From Gammaproteobacteria bacterium (GTDB lineage Bacteria > Pseudomonadota > Gammaproteobacteria > GCA-001735895), in assembly GCA_050298595.1 (NCBI GenBank), contig JBNKUM010000085.1, positions 160,001 to 224,000 of the forward strand: a stretch of DNA of 64,000 bases, in the 5' to 3' direction. Below the pieces are notes generated by a model. The model was not told the DNA's origin. It did not search any database and was given only the letters and a program-made list of their open reading frames with translations. This document shows, piece after piece, positions 56,227-64,000 of this stretch; position 1 is the first letter of the stretch, and each line of letters starts with the position of its first letter. The translations under genes and the position numbers were made by a program.

Positions 56227-56925
56227 ATGCATAACATCGAAAAAAATCTTTTACAGGTGAAATCTCTGATTGCCGATGCTGCAACTGCTGTTGGCCGCTC
56301 ATCAGATGACATTACTCTGTTAGCGGTAAGCAAAACCAAACCCGTGTCAGACATTCTTGCAGCCTACCAGGCTGGTCAAATTGATTTCGGAGAAAACTAC
56401 CTGCAGGAAGCCGAGCAAAAGATTCTGGCTTTGGCCGATAAAGGCATACGGTGGCACTATATCGGCCCAATTCAATCTAATAAAACGCGTAAAATCGCCG
56501 AACTATTCGACTGGGTACATAGCGTTGAACGCTTTAAGATTGCTAAAAGACTCAGTCAGCAGCGTCCCGAGAAACAAAAGCCGCTCAACATCCTGCTGCA
56601 GGTTAATATCGATAATGAAGCCAGCAAAGCGGGTATCAGTGCCGATCAGGTATTACCACTCGCAGAGCAGATTGCAGAGTTACCACAGCTTAAATTACGA
56701 GGATTGATGGCGATACCGTCGGTGCAGGATGACTATCAGCAACAATGTATTCCATTCGCCAGAATGCATACACTGCTGCAGGAATTACACAAACAACACC
56801 CTGAGTGCGATACTTTATCCATGGGCATGAGCGGTGATATGCAGGCGGCCATTGCACAGGGCTCAACGCTGGTTAGAATAGGCACAGCCATTTTTGGAAA
56901 ACGCAACACACAGGTCAATGTATGA
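56227..56925 (+). CDS. yggS: PLP homeostasis protein
   Basis: AVSKTKP, FGENYLQE, IGPIQSNK, LSMGMS.D, VRIGTAIFG. Confidence 0.96.
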   Translation: MHNIEKNLLQVKSLIADAATAVGRSSDDITLLAVSKTKPVSDILAAYQAGQIDFGENYLQEAEQKILALADKGIRWHYIGPIQSNKTRKIAELFDWVHSVERFKIAKRLSQQRPEKQKPLNILLQVNIDNEASKAGISADQVLPLAEQIAELPQLKLRGLMAIPSVQDDYQQQCIPFARMHTLLQELHKQHPECDTLSMGMSGDMQAAIAQGSTLVRIGTAIFGKRNTQVNV

Positions 56926-57734
56926 CACAGGTAACTCTTTGTTTTATAGGTGCTGGCAATATGGCAGGTAGCATGATTGGTGGATTGGTCACCAAAGGCT
57001 ACCCTGCTGAAAAAATCATCGCCTGCGATATCAATCAGGAAAAACTGGAGCAACTACAATCGGATTTTAATATTAGTTATGAAACCGATATTAATCAGGC
57101 CGTTAGCCAGGCAGCCATAGTAATTCTTGCGGTTAAACCACAGGTCATGCAGTCGGTATGTGGCGAGATCACTCAAACCCAGCATAAACCCTTATTCATC
57201 AGTATTGCTGCCGGACTACGCGAAAAGGACATCAACCGCTGGTTAGGGGATGGCTTTGCCATGGTTCGATGCATGCCAAATACCCCAGCCCTGGTAGGAC
57301 AGGGCGCCACCGGTTTATATGCGAATCAATACGTGACTGAATTACAGAAGCAACAGGCTGAATCTATCATGCAAAGCACTGGCATCACGGTTTGGGTCAA
57401 TACAGAAAGCCAGCTGGATGCGGTAACAGCCATATCCGGTAGCGGCCCAGCGTATTTTTTCCTGTTCATAGAAGCACTCGAAAAAGCCGGCATTCAACTG
57501 GGGCTGGATGCAGAAACCTCAGCGAAATTAGCACGCCAAACCGCGCTGGGGGCCGCCACCATGGCGGTTGATCAAGATGTAGTCACTCTACGCAAACAGG
57601 TCACCTCACCGGGTGGCACTACCGAACAGGCCATTGCCAGTTTCATTTCCAGCGACATATATGGCATGGTTGCTCAGGCAACTGCAGCAGCGAATACCCG
57701 TTCAACCGAGCTAGCCGAACAACTGGCTCAATAG
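56922..57734 (+). CDS. proC: Pyrroline-5-carboxylate reductase
   Basis: FIGAGNM, RCMPNTP, SGSGPAY, VTSPGGTT. Confidence 0.96.
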   Translation: MTQVTLCFIGAGNMAGSMIGGLVTKGYPAEKIIACDINQEKLEQLQSDFNISYETDINQAVSQAAIVILAVKPQVMQSVCGEITQTQHKPLFISIAAGLREKDINRWLGDGFAMVRCMPNTPALVGQGATGLYANQYVTELQKQQAESIMQSTGITVWVNTESQLDAVTAISGSGPAYFFLFIEALEKAGIQLGLDAETSAKLARQTALGAATMAVDQDVVTLRKQVTSPGGTTEQAIASFISSDIYGMVAQATAAANTRSTELAEQLAQ

Positions 57735-57795
57735 AGCACCTTGATAAGTAAGATAAAAGCAATACATAAGCAACATTAATTAAGAGAAAGAAGCA

Positions 57796-58404
57796 ATGGG
57801 ATCATCTTATCTGGCATCACCCCTGTTACTGATCATCAATACACTGTTTGATCTGTATGTCATGCTGGTATTGCTGCGATTTTTATTTCAGATGCTACGC
57901 GCCAACTTCTACAACCCCATTTCTCAATTTGTGGTGCGAGCGACTACACCACCACTTAAGCCATTACGCCGGGTAATCCCTGGCTTTGCCGGTCAGGACA
58001 TGGCTGCGATAGTACTATCTCTGCTACTGCTCATGGTCAAATATTTTCTGGTGCGCGCTCTGGGCGCTGCTGCTCTGGATATTGCGAATGTGCTAGCCCC
58101 TATCGCCAGCATTAGCATTGCAGGACTGGTTGTGGTCGCTATTGCTGAAATACTCGCTACTATTATCAATATCTTCCTGTTCGCGATTATTATTGAGGTG
58201 ATCCTCAGCTGGGTTAACCCAGGGGCTTACAATCCCGTGACCGCGCTCATTTCATCCATCAGCCGTCCAGTCATGCAACCGATCCGTCGATTTATCCCCC
58301 CCATGGGTGGACTTGACCTCTCTCCTTTATTTGCCACACTGGCACTTATGGTGATTAAGATGCTATTAATCCCACCTGTCATCTATATAGCTACCCAACT
58401 ATGA
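57796..58404 (+). CDS. yggT: YggT family membrane protein
   Basis: ILSWVNP, IPPMGGLDLSP. Confidence 0.92.
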   Translation: MGSSYLASPLLLIINTLFDLYVMLVLLRFLFQMLRANFYNPISQFVVRATTPPLKPLRRVIPGFAGQDMAAIVLSLLLLMVKYFLVRALGAAALDIANVLAPIASISIAGLVVVAIAEILATIINIFLFAIIIEVILSWVNPGAYNPVTALISSISRPVMQPIRRFIPPMGGLDLSPLFATLALMVIKMLLIPPVIYIATQL

Positions 58405-58700
58405 ACCCACAGCCCTGGTCGCTGGAAAATAAGCGCCTGACACTTTACTGCCATCTACAACCTGGAGCGAAACAGAATCAAATATGCGGTCTATATAATG
58501 AGCGCTTAAAAATCCAGATCAAGGCCCCTGCCGTTGATGGCAAAGCCAATAAGGCATTAATCGAATTTCTATCAAAATCATTCAACATAGCTAGATCAAA
58601 AATTCTGATACACAAGGGATTAAATCAGCGCGTTAAAACAGTTTTGATTGAAGGTATCGAGCAGCTACCCAGCGCTCTACTACAGCTCGACAATAAATAA
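58401..58700 (+). CDS. yggU: DUF167 family protein
   Basis: QPGAK, APAVDGKAN.AL. Confidence 0.9.
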   Translation: MNPQPWSLENKRLTLYCHLQPGAKQNQICGLYNERLKIQIKAPAVDGKANKALIEFLSKSFNIARSKILIHKGLNQRVKTVLIEGIEQLPSALLQLDNK

Positions 58701-58795
58701 TCGAATCTTTTTCGATAGAATCAATCTATACTGTTTACAGTTGGGGTCATATAAAAACAAACCCTCAGCCGCTTTGTTACCAGAGGAGAATAACA

Positions 58796-59230
58796 ATGAA
58801 AATAACCATTAAATTAATCATTTCCACTCTACTTTTCTGCTTACCCGCCTTCGCTTTTGCAGAAAACTCACTAACCATCGGCAATTACATCGTCCATTAC
58901 AACGCCTTATCCACCGAATCTTTACCCCCGTCAGTAGCCAAAGCCTATGGCATTACTCGCAGTACAAACCGGGGCTTACTGAATATTTCGGTGCTGAAAA
59001 AAGGCAGTGGATTTGAAGGCGCTGAAGCAGATATCAAGGTTAGCGCAACTAACCTGAGCGGCCAGTTGCGCGCTATCGACCTGCGCAAAATTAAAGAGCA
59101 AAACGCGGTGTATTACATCAGTGTATTTTCAGTCGCCAACGAAGAAACACTGGATTTTTCTATTGATGTGACCACTCAGGATAATCAGACTGGCAACATC
59201 AAAATACGCCAGCAGTTCTTCACCAAATAA
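58796..59230 (+). CDS. DUF4426-like exported protein
   Basis: Signal peptide, VHYNA, P.VA.AYGI.RS, LLNISV, E..AVYY. Confidence 0.8.
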   Translation: MKITIKLIISTLLFCLPAFAFAENSLTIGNYIVHYNALSTESLPPSVAKAYGITRSTNRGLLNISVLKKGSGFEGAEADIKVSATNLSGQLRAIDLRKIKEQNAVYYISVFSVANEETLDFSIDVTTQDNQTGNIKIRQQFFTK

Positions 59231-59250
59231 TGCGTGAAATCCTCAGCCTA

Positions 59251-59709
59251 TCAGGCAGAGGCAGCAGCTTCTGCCTGATGGCGAGCCTGGATAAAATTAG
59301 CGTGGTCAACATACAGTAAATCTGATATCTGGCGCATCAAATGTTCTTCATAGTGATGTTTCTCTCCATCGGCGTAGACCACCTTCCACATAAGCTCTAT
59401 CACCTTAACCTTACCCTGTTGATCGAGCTGCTCATTCATTAAACGTGTAATATGCTGTAACGAAACCAGTTGATCAGCCTCTTCATGCGCATTCTCTAAC
59501 AGCGTATCAACCTCCTGCTCGCCAAGAGATAAATGCTTTAATAACAGGCTTCTGATCGTTGCCAGTTCAGTTTCATCCTGCTCGAAGTCTGCCTTACTCA
59601 CCTCAATCAGCAACACAGCAGTGGCCAGATCAATGGCCATTGCTGGTTGTTGTTGTTGATTAAAACGATCAAACGCGGGTTTAAAAAAACGGTCAATTAA
59701 TGCTTTCAT
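59251..59709 (-). CDS. TerB-like (tellurite resistance family) protein
   Basis: LATAVLLIEV..AD, MW.V.YADG...HYEE...R.I..LL. Confidence 0.8.
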   Translation of the reverse strand: MKALIDRFFKPAFDRFNQQQQPAMAIDLATAVLLIEVSKADFEQDETELATIRSLLLKHLSLGEQEVDTLLENAHEEADQLVSLQHITRLMNEQLDQQGKVKVIELMWKVVYADGEKHHYEEHLMRQISDLLYVDHANFIQARHQAEAAASA

Positions 59710-59831
59710 ATCGTCATTTTTAAGGATTATTAAAATAAATTCAATAGGTATAATTGATCGATAACATTTTTTTAATTGCAAAACACAGTCTATCCTTACA
59801 CAATAATCGTTCAATCATAGTTTCAGCTGTC

Positions 59832-60752
59832 ATGACGCTCACCGAACTCAGATATATAGTTGCAGTTGCCCAGAAAAAACATTTTGGCCAGGCTGCGCAA
59901 TCCTGCTTTGTAAGTCAGCCCACCTTAAGCATAGCGATCAAAAAGCTCGAAGAAGAACTTGATATTAAGCTATTTGAGCGCAGTTCAAAAAACGAAATAC
60001 GCATTACCGAAATCGGCCAGAAAGTCGTACAACAGGCACAGAAGGTATTACGCGAAGCTCAGGTTATCAATGAAATTTCACAGCAGGGTAAAGATCCATT
60101 ATCCGGCACCTTCAGATTAGGTGCTATCTACACCATAGCACCTTACCTACTACCCGGTTTGATACCTCGCATTACAGAAAGTGCCCCACGAGTGACATTG
60201 ATTATCCAGGAAAACTTTACCCACAACCTGAGCCTTTTATTGAAACAGGGGGACCTGGATGCGATTATTATTTCCTATCCTTTTGACGAACCGGGCATAG
60301 AAACTCAAGCACTTTACGAAGAGCCCTTTATGGTCGCCATGCACAATCAACACCACTGGAGTGAACGAAAGGAAATAGGCGTTAATGAACTAGCCGGTGA
60401 AGACCTGATGCTGTTGGGTGCTGGACACTGCTTTCGCGATCAGGTGCTTGAGGCCTGTCCGCAATGCATATCTTCAAGAAATGAACTCACTCGTTCACTG
60501 GAAGGAAGCTCGCTGGAAACCATGCGCCATATGGTTGCTGCCGGTACTGGCATCACGGTTTTACCCTGTACCAGCATGCTACACAGCCAGCACAATCAAC
60601 AGTTAATCAAGATTAAGCCCTTTGCCAAACCCCAGCCCAGTCGTACGGTAGCGCTGGCATGGCGCAAGCACTATCCACGTAAGGAAGCGATTCAACTCGT
60701 CATTGATATGGTGCGCAAATGCAAGCTCCCAGGCACTCTGGGTATCAAGTAA
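59832..60752 (+). CDS. oxyR: LysR-family hydrogen peroxide sensor OxyR
   Basis: MTLTELRYIVAVA HTH; GHCFRDQVLEACP with both redox Cys; GSSLET.RHMV. Confidence 0.88.
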   Translation: MTLTELRYIVAVAQKKHFGQAAQSCFVSQPTLSIAIKKLEEELDIKLFERSSKNEIRITEIGQKVVQQAQKVLREAQVINEISQQGKDPLSGTFRLGAIYTIAPYLLPGLIPRITESAPRVTLIIQENFTHNLSLLLKQGDLDAIIISYPFDEPGIETQALYEEPFMVAMHNQHHWSERKEIGVNELAGEDLMLLGAGHCFRDQVLEACPQCISSRNELTRSLEGSSLETMRHMVAAGTGITVLPCTSMLHSQHNQQLIKIKPFAKPQPSRTVALAWRKHYPRKEAIQLVIDMVRKCKLPGTLGIK

Positions 60753-60787
60753 ACAAACGAGCAAAGTCCATAAGTCCCGAGATAAGC

Positions 60788-61099
60788 ATGACTGAACCCG
60801 AAATCACATCACAGGAATTAATACGCGGTAAATTAAACAGTGAAACGGCGCGCATTCCCTGGAAAGAATTACAACGCTATTTTGCGGGTGGTTACACCCT
60901 GAATGTAGATCTACAGCTAGATCTGATCGATGTCGCCTACCAGATGCATTGCGATAATGCCGCTCAGATTGAACAATGGATGAACAGCAATCTGGTTCAC
61001 CAGGTCAGCAATGAACAGGCACGCGAATGGTATAACGACGACCAGATCATGTGGGCCTGTGTCATTAAGCCCTGGGTGCTGGTTCAACCAGCGGATTAG
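60788..61099 (+). CDS. DUF2288-like protein
   Basis: ETARIPWKELQRYFA.G, WA.V..PWVLVQ. Confidence 0.78.
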   Translation: MTEPEITSQELIRGKLNSETARIPWKELQRYFAGGYTLNVDLQLDLIDVAYQMHCDNAAQIEQWMNSNLVHQVSNEQAREWYNDDQIMWACVIKPWVLVQPAD

Positions 61100-61941
61100 C
61101 GTAACTGATCAAGGATATTGACCAGCGCATAACCGTCCAGCACAGTTAGCCAGTGAGTAAAGCCCTCAATGATGCGGGTAGAGTTTTTACCAATGGCCTG
61201 CACATTCGCCATATCCTGACTATGCCCTGGCACTATCGGATCACCCAGCATGCCATTAGCAAAAGTACGCACTATTGAAAAATATCGAATGGGCGGATGC
61301 TGGCGCGTATTCAGCCAGTGCAAGATCTTGCCAGGCACCTCGGGGACAATATCGTGTAGCAACCCTTTGGAACGTTGCAGCGTGTCATAGGTAGTCCCTC
61401 CAAAGAATTCTTTCATCATTCTCAAAGGGAGTGGATCATCCAGCTCTTCAAGGCCTCGATAAGCCAGTACTGTACCCAGATGAGGGCTGGCAATGGTAAT
61501 CAAAGCCTTAACATTGCTAGCACCGTTACGCACCAGCGCCAGTCGAGCAGAAACCCCACCCAGTGAATGCCCAGCGATAATAAGCGGCTCGCCAGGGTAA
61601 CGATCATTAATCCAGCGCATGGCGCCGGTCACCACATTAGCCTGACCCAGCAGCGGTACTTCTGAGTTCAATTGAAGGAAGACCACTTTATTTTCCGCGT
61701 TCTGCCATTTCATCTGAATCGCCTGAATACCGACAGGAGTCGAGATTAATACCGCAGCCCTTTTCCAGCCAAATTGATGCAATACGGGCGAAACACCTGA
61801 CCGTTCCCAGCTCATCACATTACCCTGATAACCATGCACCAGCAATAAAACATCTGCTCGTGCCGCTGAAGCAGCCAGCAGGCAAAAGAGCAGCAGAAAT
61901 CCGACTAATTTATGCGAAACATTCATTGTATTTATCCGCAA
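61096..61941 (-). CDS. Exported alpha/beta hydrolase (lipase-like)
   Basis: Signal peptide, LVHGY, GHSLGG nucleophile elbow, TIASPHLG. Confidence 0.85.
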   Translation of the reverse strand: MRINTMNVSHKLVGFLLLFCLLAASAARADVLLLVHGYQGNVMSWERSGVSPVLHQFGWKRAAVLISTPVGIQAIQMKWQNAENKVVFLQLNSEVPLLGQANVVTGAMRWINDRYPGEPLIIAGHSLGGVSARLALVRNGASNVKALITIASPHLGTVLAYRGLEELDDPLPLRMMKEFFGGTTYDTLQRSKGLLHDIVPEVPGKILHWLNTRQHPPIRYFSIVRTFANGMLGDPIVPGHSQDMANVQAIGKNSTRIIEGFTHWLTVLDGYALVNILDQLR

Positions 61942-62027
61942 CCTTTAGATTTATGCAGTAAAAAACATCCCAGCCCAGTAATTATGCATTAACATAACGC
62001 GATACATTAGTATTTTCTTATGCAAAT

Positions 62028-62375
62028 ATGAAACAAATCAATTCCTTCATTTTTGACGTGCATCTGGAAGATTTTCAGTCTTCCGTTTTGCAACGCTCCC
62101 ATGAGACTCCGATTCTGGTCGACTTCTGGGCTGACTGGTGCGGCCCCTGTATTACCGTCGCACCCGTGTTAAATCGAGTAGTTGAATCCTTTCAAGGTCA
62201 GGTGCTACTCGCCAAACTGGAGGTAGATGAGGGAGATAATATGAAACTCGCGGGCAGGTATAAAGTGCGCGGCTTTCCCACCATCATACTATTTCGAGAC
62301 GGCAAAGAACAGGATCGGTTCAGTAGTGCCCGTCCCGCCCATTTTATTGCGCAATTCATCACTCAACAGCTGTAA
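62028..62375 (+). CDS. Thioredoxin family protein
   Basis: VDFWADWCGPC, VRGFPT. Confidence 0.92.
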   Translation: MKQINSFIFDVHLEDFQSSVLQRSHETPILVDFWADWCGPCITVAPVLNRVVESFQGQVLLAKLEVDEGDNMKLAGRYKVRGFPTIILFRDGKEQDRFSSARPAHFIAQFITQQL

Positions 62376-62391
62376 GAACTGGTGTGGTGCT

Positions 62392-62736
62392 CTAACGCTT
62401 TCTTAATAACAAAAATAACTCATGCACCAGACGCTCATTGGTTTGAATCTCCAGCCATTTATCTTTGGGTATCCTGCGTTTTACCAGCTCACGAACAACC
62501 TGAATGGTAAAGGAATCACTCTCCAGGTTGGGGTCGTGTTTGCCTTCCGAAATTTTCTGAAGAGTACGACTTAAGATTAACGTGGTAGATTCATCTGCAT
62601 CCTGATATAGACGCGTTCTAAGACGACTATCATTAATTAAGGTTTCTACAGCCAGACGCTGTTTGCGAACCTGAAAGATAACAACAGCCAACAGAAAAAT
62701 AGTAATCACCGATAATATTGAAAGCATTTTGTTCAC
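62392..62736 (-). CDS. Hypothetical protein with N-terminal membrane anchor
   Basis: 114-aa ORF, hydrophobic N-terminus, AGGA RBS. Confidence 0.55.
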   Translation of the reverse strand: MNKMLSILSVITIFLLAVVIFQVRKQRLAVETLINDSRLRTRLYQDADESTTLILSRTLQKISEGKHDPNLESDSFTIQVVRELVKRRIPKDKWLEIQTNERLVHELFLLLRKR

Positions 62737-62840
62737 TCCTGATTATTATCCCGGATTCCGCAGTTGACCGCTCGCATTAGAGGGTAACCCACTGTTTCGT
62801 AGACCATTACGCTCGATTTATCTTTTCACGCTCCTATGCA

Positions 62841-62924
62841 TCGGCTCTAGCATCCTGCTTCGCCCTACCTCCTCCCTCCCTGGAGTCGTGCTTCGCTCTA
62901 TCACCTAAATCCCTTTATGCGTCC
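62841..62924 (+). repeat. Copy of the ~48-bp unit plus outer right half
   Basis: 74/84 identical to 2241-2324 without gaps. Confidence 0.9.
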
Positions 62925-63344
62925 ATACATTCGCGAAATAACAACATCCATGCTGAAATCCAGCAGATGACTCCCGCCACGAGCTGAATTGCACGTTTGA
63001 GGCAGCGTATCTCTGCGCTGCCTAGAGAGACTAGGTAAGGGGCGTGAGCAGGACGCGGGAGCCTTGTAACGCCTTAATCTACACCACCACAAACGCACTA
63101 CAACTCGTCCAACTTGCAGATGCAAGGATTATATTTAACTGCGTTTTATAACAATGATTCTAGCAGGCACAGGTATTAACGAAGCACCATATGTCTTAAA
63201 TATGCCGCCCCATTTCATTCAACAGAAATTCTCTATAAGCCATAAAAAATAGTTATTAGAAAACAGTGCAAAGTGATATCTAATATTCGTCATGCTGCAG
63301 CCTGAATAGTCTATACTGATTTAAAAAATAACCACACTCATCCA

Positions 63345-64000
63345 GTGTCTGATTTAGAATTTCCAGCAAAAATTGACCGCTTTACTATTCAGAACGTGCT
63401 CGGTAGAGGCGCTCAGGGAATAGTCTATCTGGCGTATGACCCCCAACTCGACCGCGAAGTAGCGATTAAATCGGTTTCCATAAAAACAAGTTTTCAACAG
63501 CAAGATAAAATCGATCACCTGTTACAGGAAGCACGAACTGTCAGCAAGCTGCAACACCCCAATATTGTCAGCATCTATGATGTGGGCAGCGACAAGATAC
63601 CCCCCTATCTGGTGCTTGAATATGTAAAAGGTGTATCACTCTACTCGATGATCAAGAAAGACATTCCAGAGCAACAGGCCATTCATATCATGCGCGATGT
63701 ATTGAGTGCTGTCGCAGCAGCTCATGCCAAAGGCATAATCCATTGTGATCTAAAACCTGCAAACATCATCATAACCCCATCTGGACAGGCCAAGGTCGCC
63801 GATTTCGGTCTCGCGCTACTCGCAAATTCACAACAGGAAGACAATGCTCAGCTTGCCGGTACGCCACAATATATGGCTCCTGAATATATCGAAACACGCA
63901 AACATCTGACGGTTTCGGATGTATTTTCGCTCGGCCTGATCTTTTATCAACTGATGACGGGCAAACTGGCGGTGGAAGGTGAGGATGTCTATCAGCTGCT
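63345..64000 (+). CDS. Hanks-type Ser/Thr protein kinase, 3'-truncated by window edge
   Basis: Hand translation: LGRGAQGIVYLA, VAIK, HPNIV, HCDLKPANI, DFG, GTPQYMAPE, SDVFSLG. Confidence 0.93.
   Translation, partial: MSDLEFPAKIDRFTIQNVLGRGAQGIVYLAYDPQLDREVAIKSVSIKTSFQQQDKIDHLLQEARTVSKLQHPNIVSIYDVGSDKIPPYLVLEYVKGVSLYSMIKKDIPEQQAIHIMRDVLSAVAAAHAKGIIHCDLKPANIIITPSGQAKVADFGLALLANSQQEDNAQLAGTPQYMAPEYIETRKHLTVSDVFSLGLIFYQLMTGKLAVEGEDVYQL

Noticed and set aside
59710-59831. Possible OxyR box (ATAG-N7-TGAT) between the terB-like gene and oxyR
   Set aside because: Only a partial match in AT-rich DNA; the four-tetramer pattern is not convincing.
62901-63125. 74-aa minus-strand ORF
   Set aside because: Overlaps the repeat mosaic and has no protein-like features.

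Overview
Gammaproteobacterial chromosomal window, probably from a marine organism. From about 8.6 kb to the end it is mostly ordinary housekeeping DNA: a TetR-MMPL/RND-LolA-like-OMP operon, rapA, a PAS/GGDEF/EAL protein, bioD, tkt-gap-pgk-pyk-fba, metK, SAH riboswitch-ahcY-metF-rsmE, the Pil-Chp cluster (pilGHIJ-chpA-chpC), gshA-gshB-apbE-tonB-yqgE-yqgF-pyrRBC', pilT with two pilU, yggS-proC-yggT-yggU, oxyR, a thioredoxin and a partial Ser/Thr kinase. The unusual part is a mirror-symmetric accessory island at about 2.0-8.6 kb. It holds two convergent integron-type cassette arrays, each headed by a near-identical 42-bp attI-like site with no integrase gene visible in the window. Each array ends at a group IIC-attC intron remnant, and the island is bracketed by inverted copies of a large structured repeat. 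At its centre an IS110-family (IS1111-group) element sits inside a REP, and its 3' non-coding end contains a readable bridge/seek-RNA target loop matching that REP. All protein calls are from motif recognition by eye; no database searches were run.
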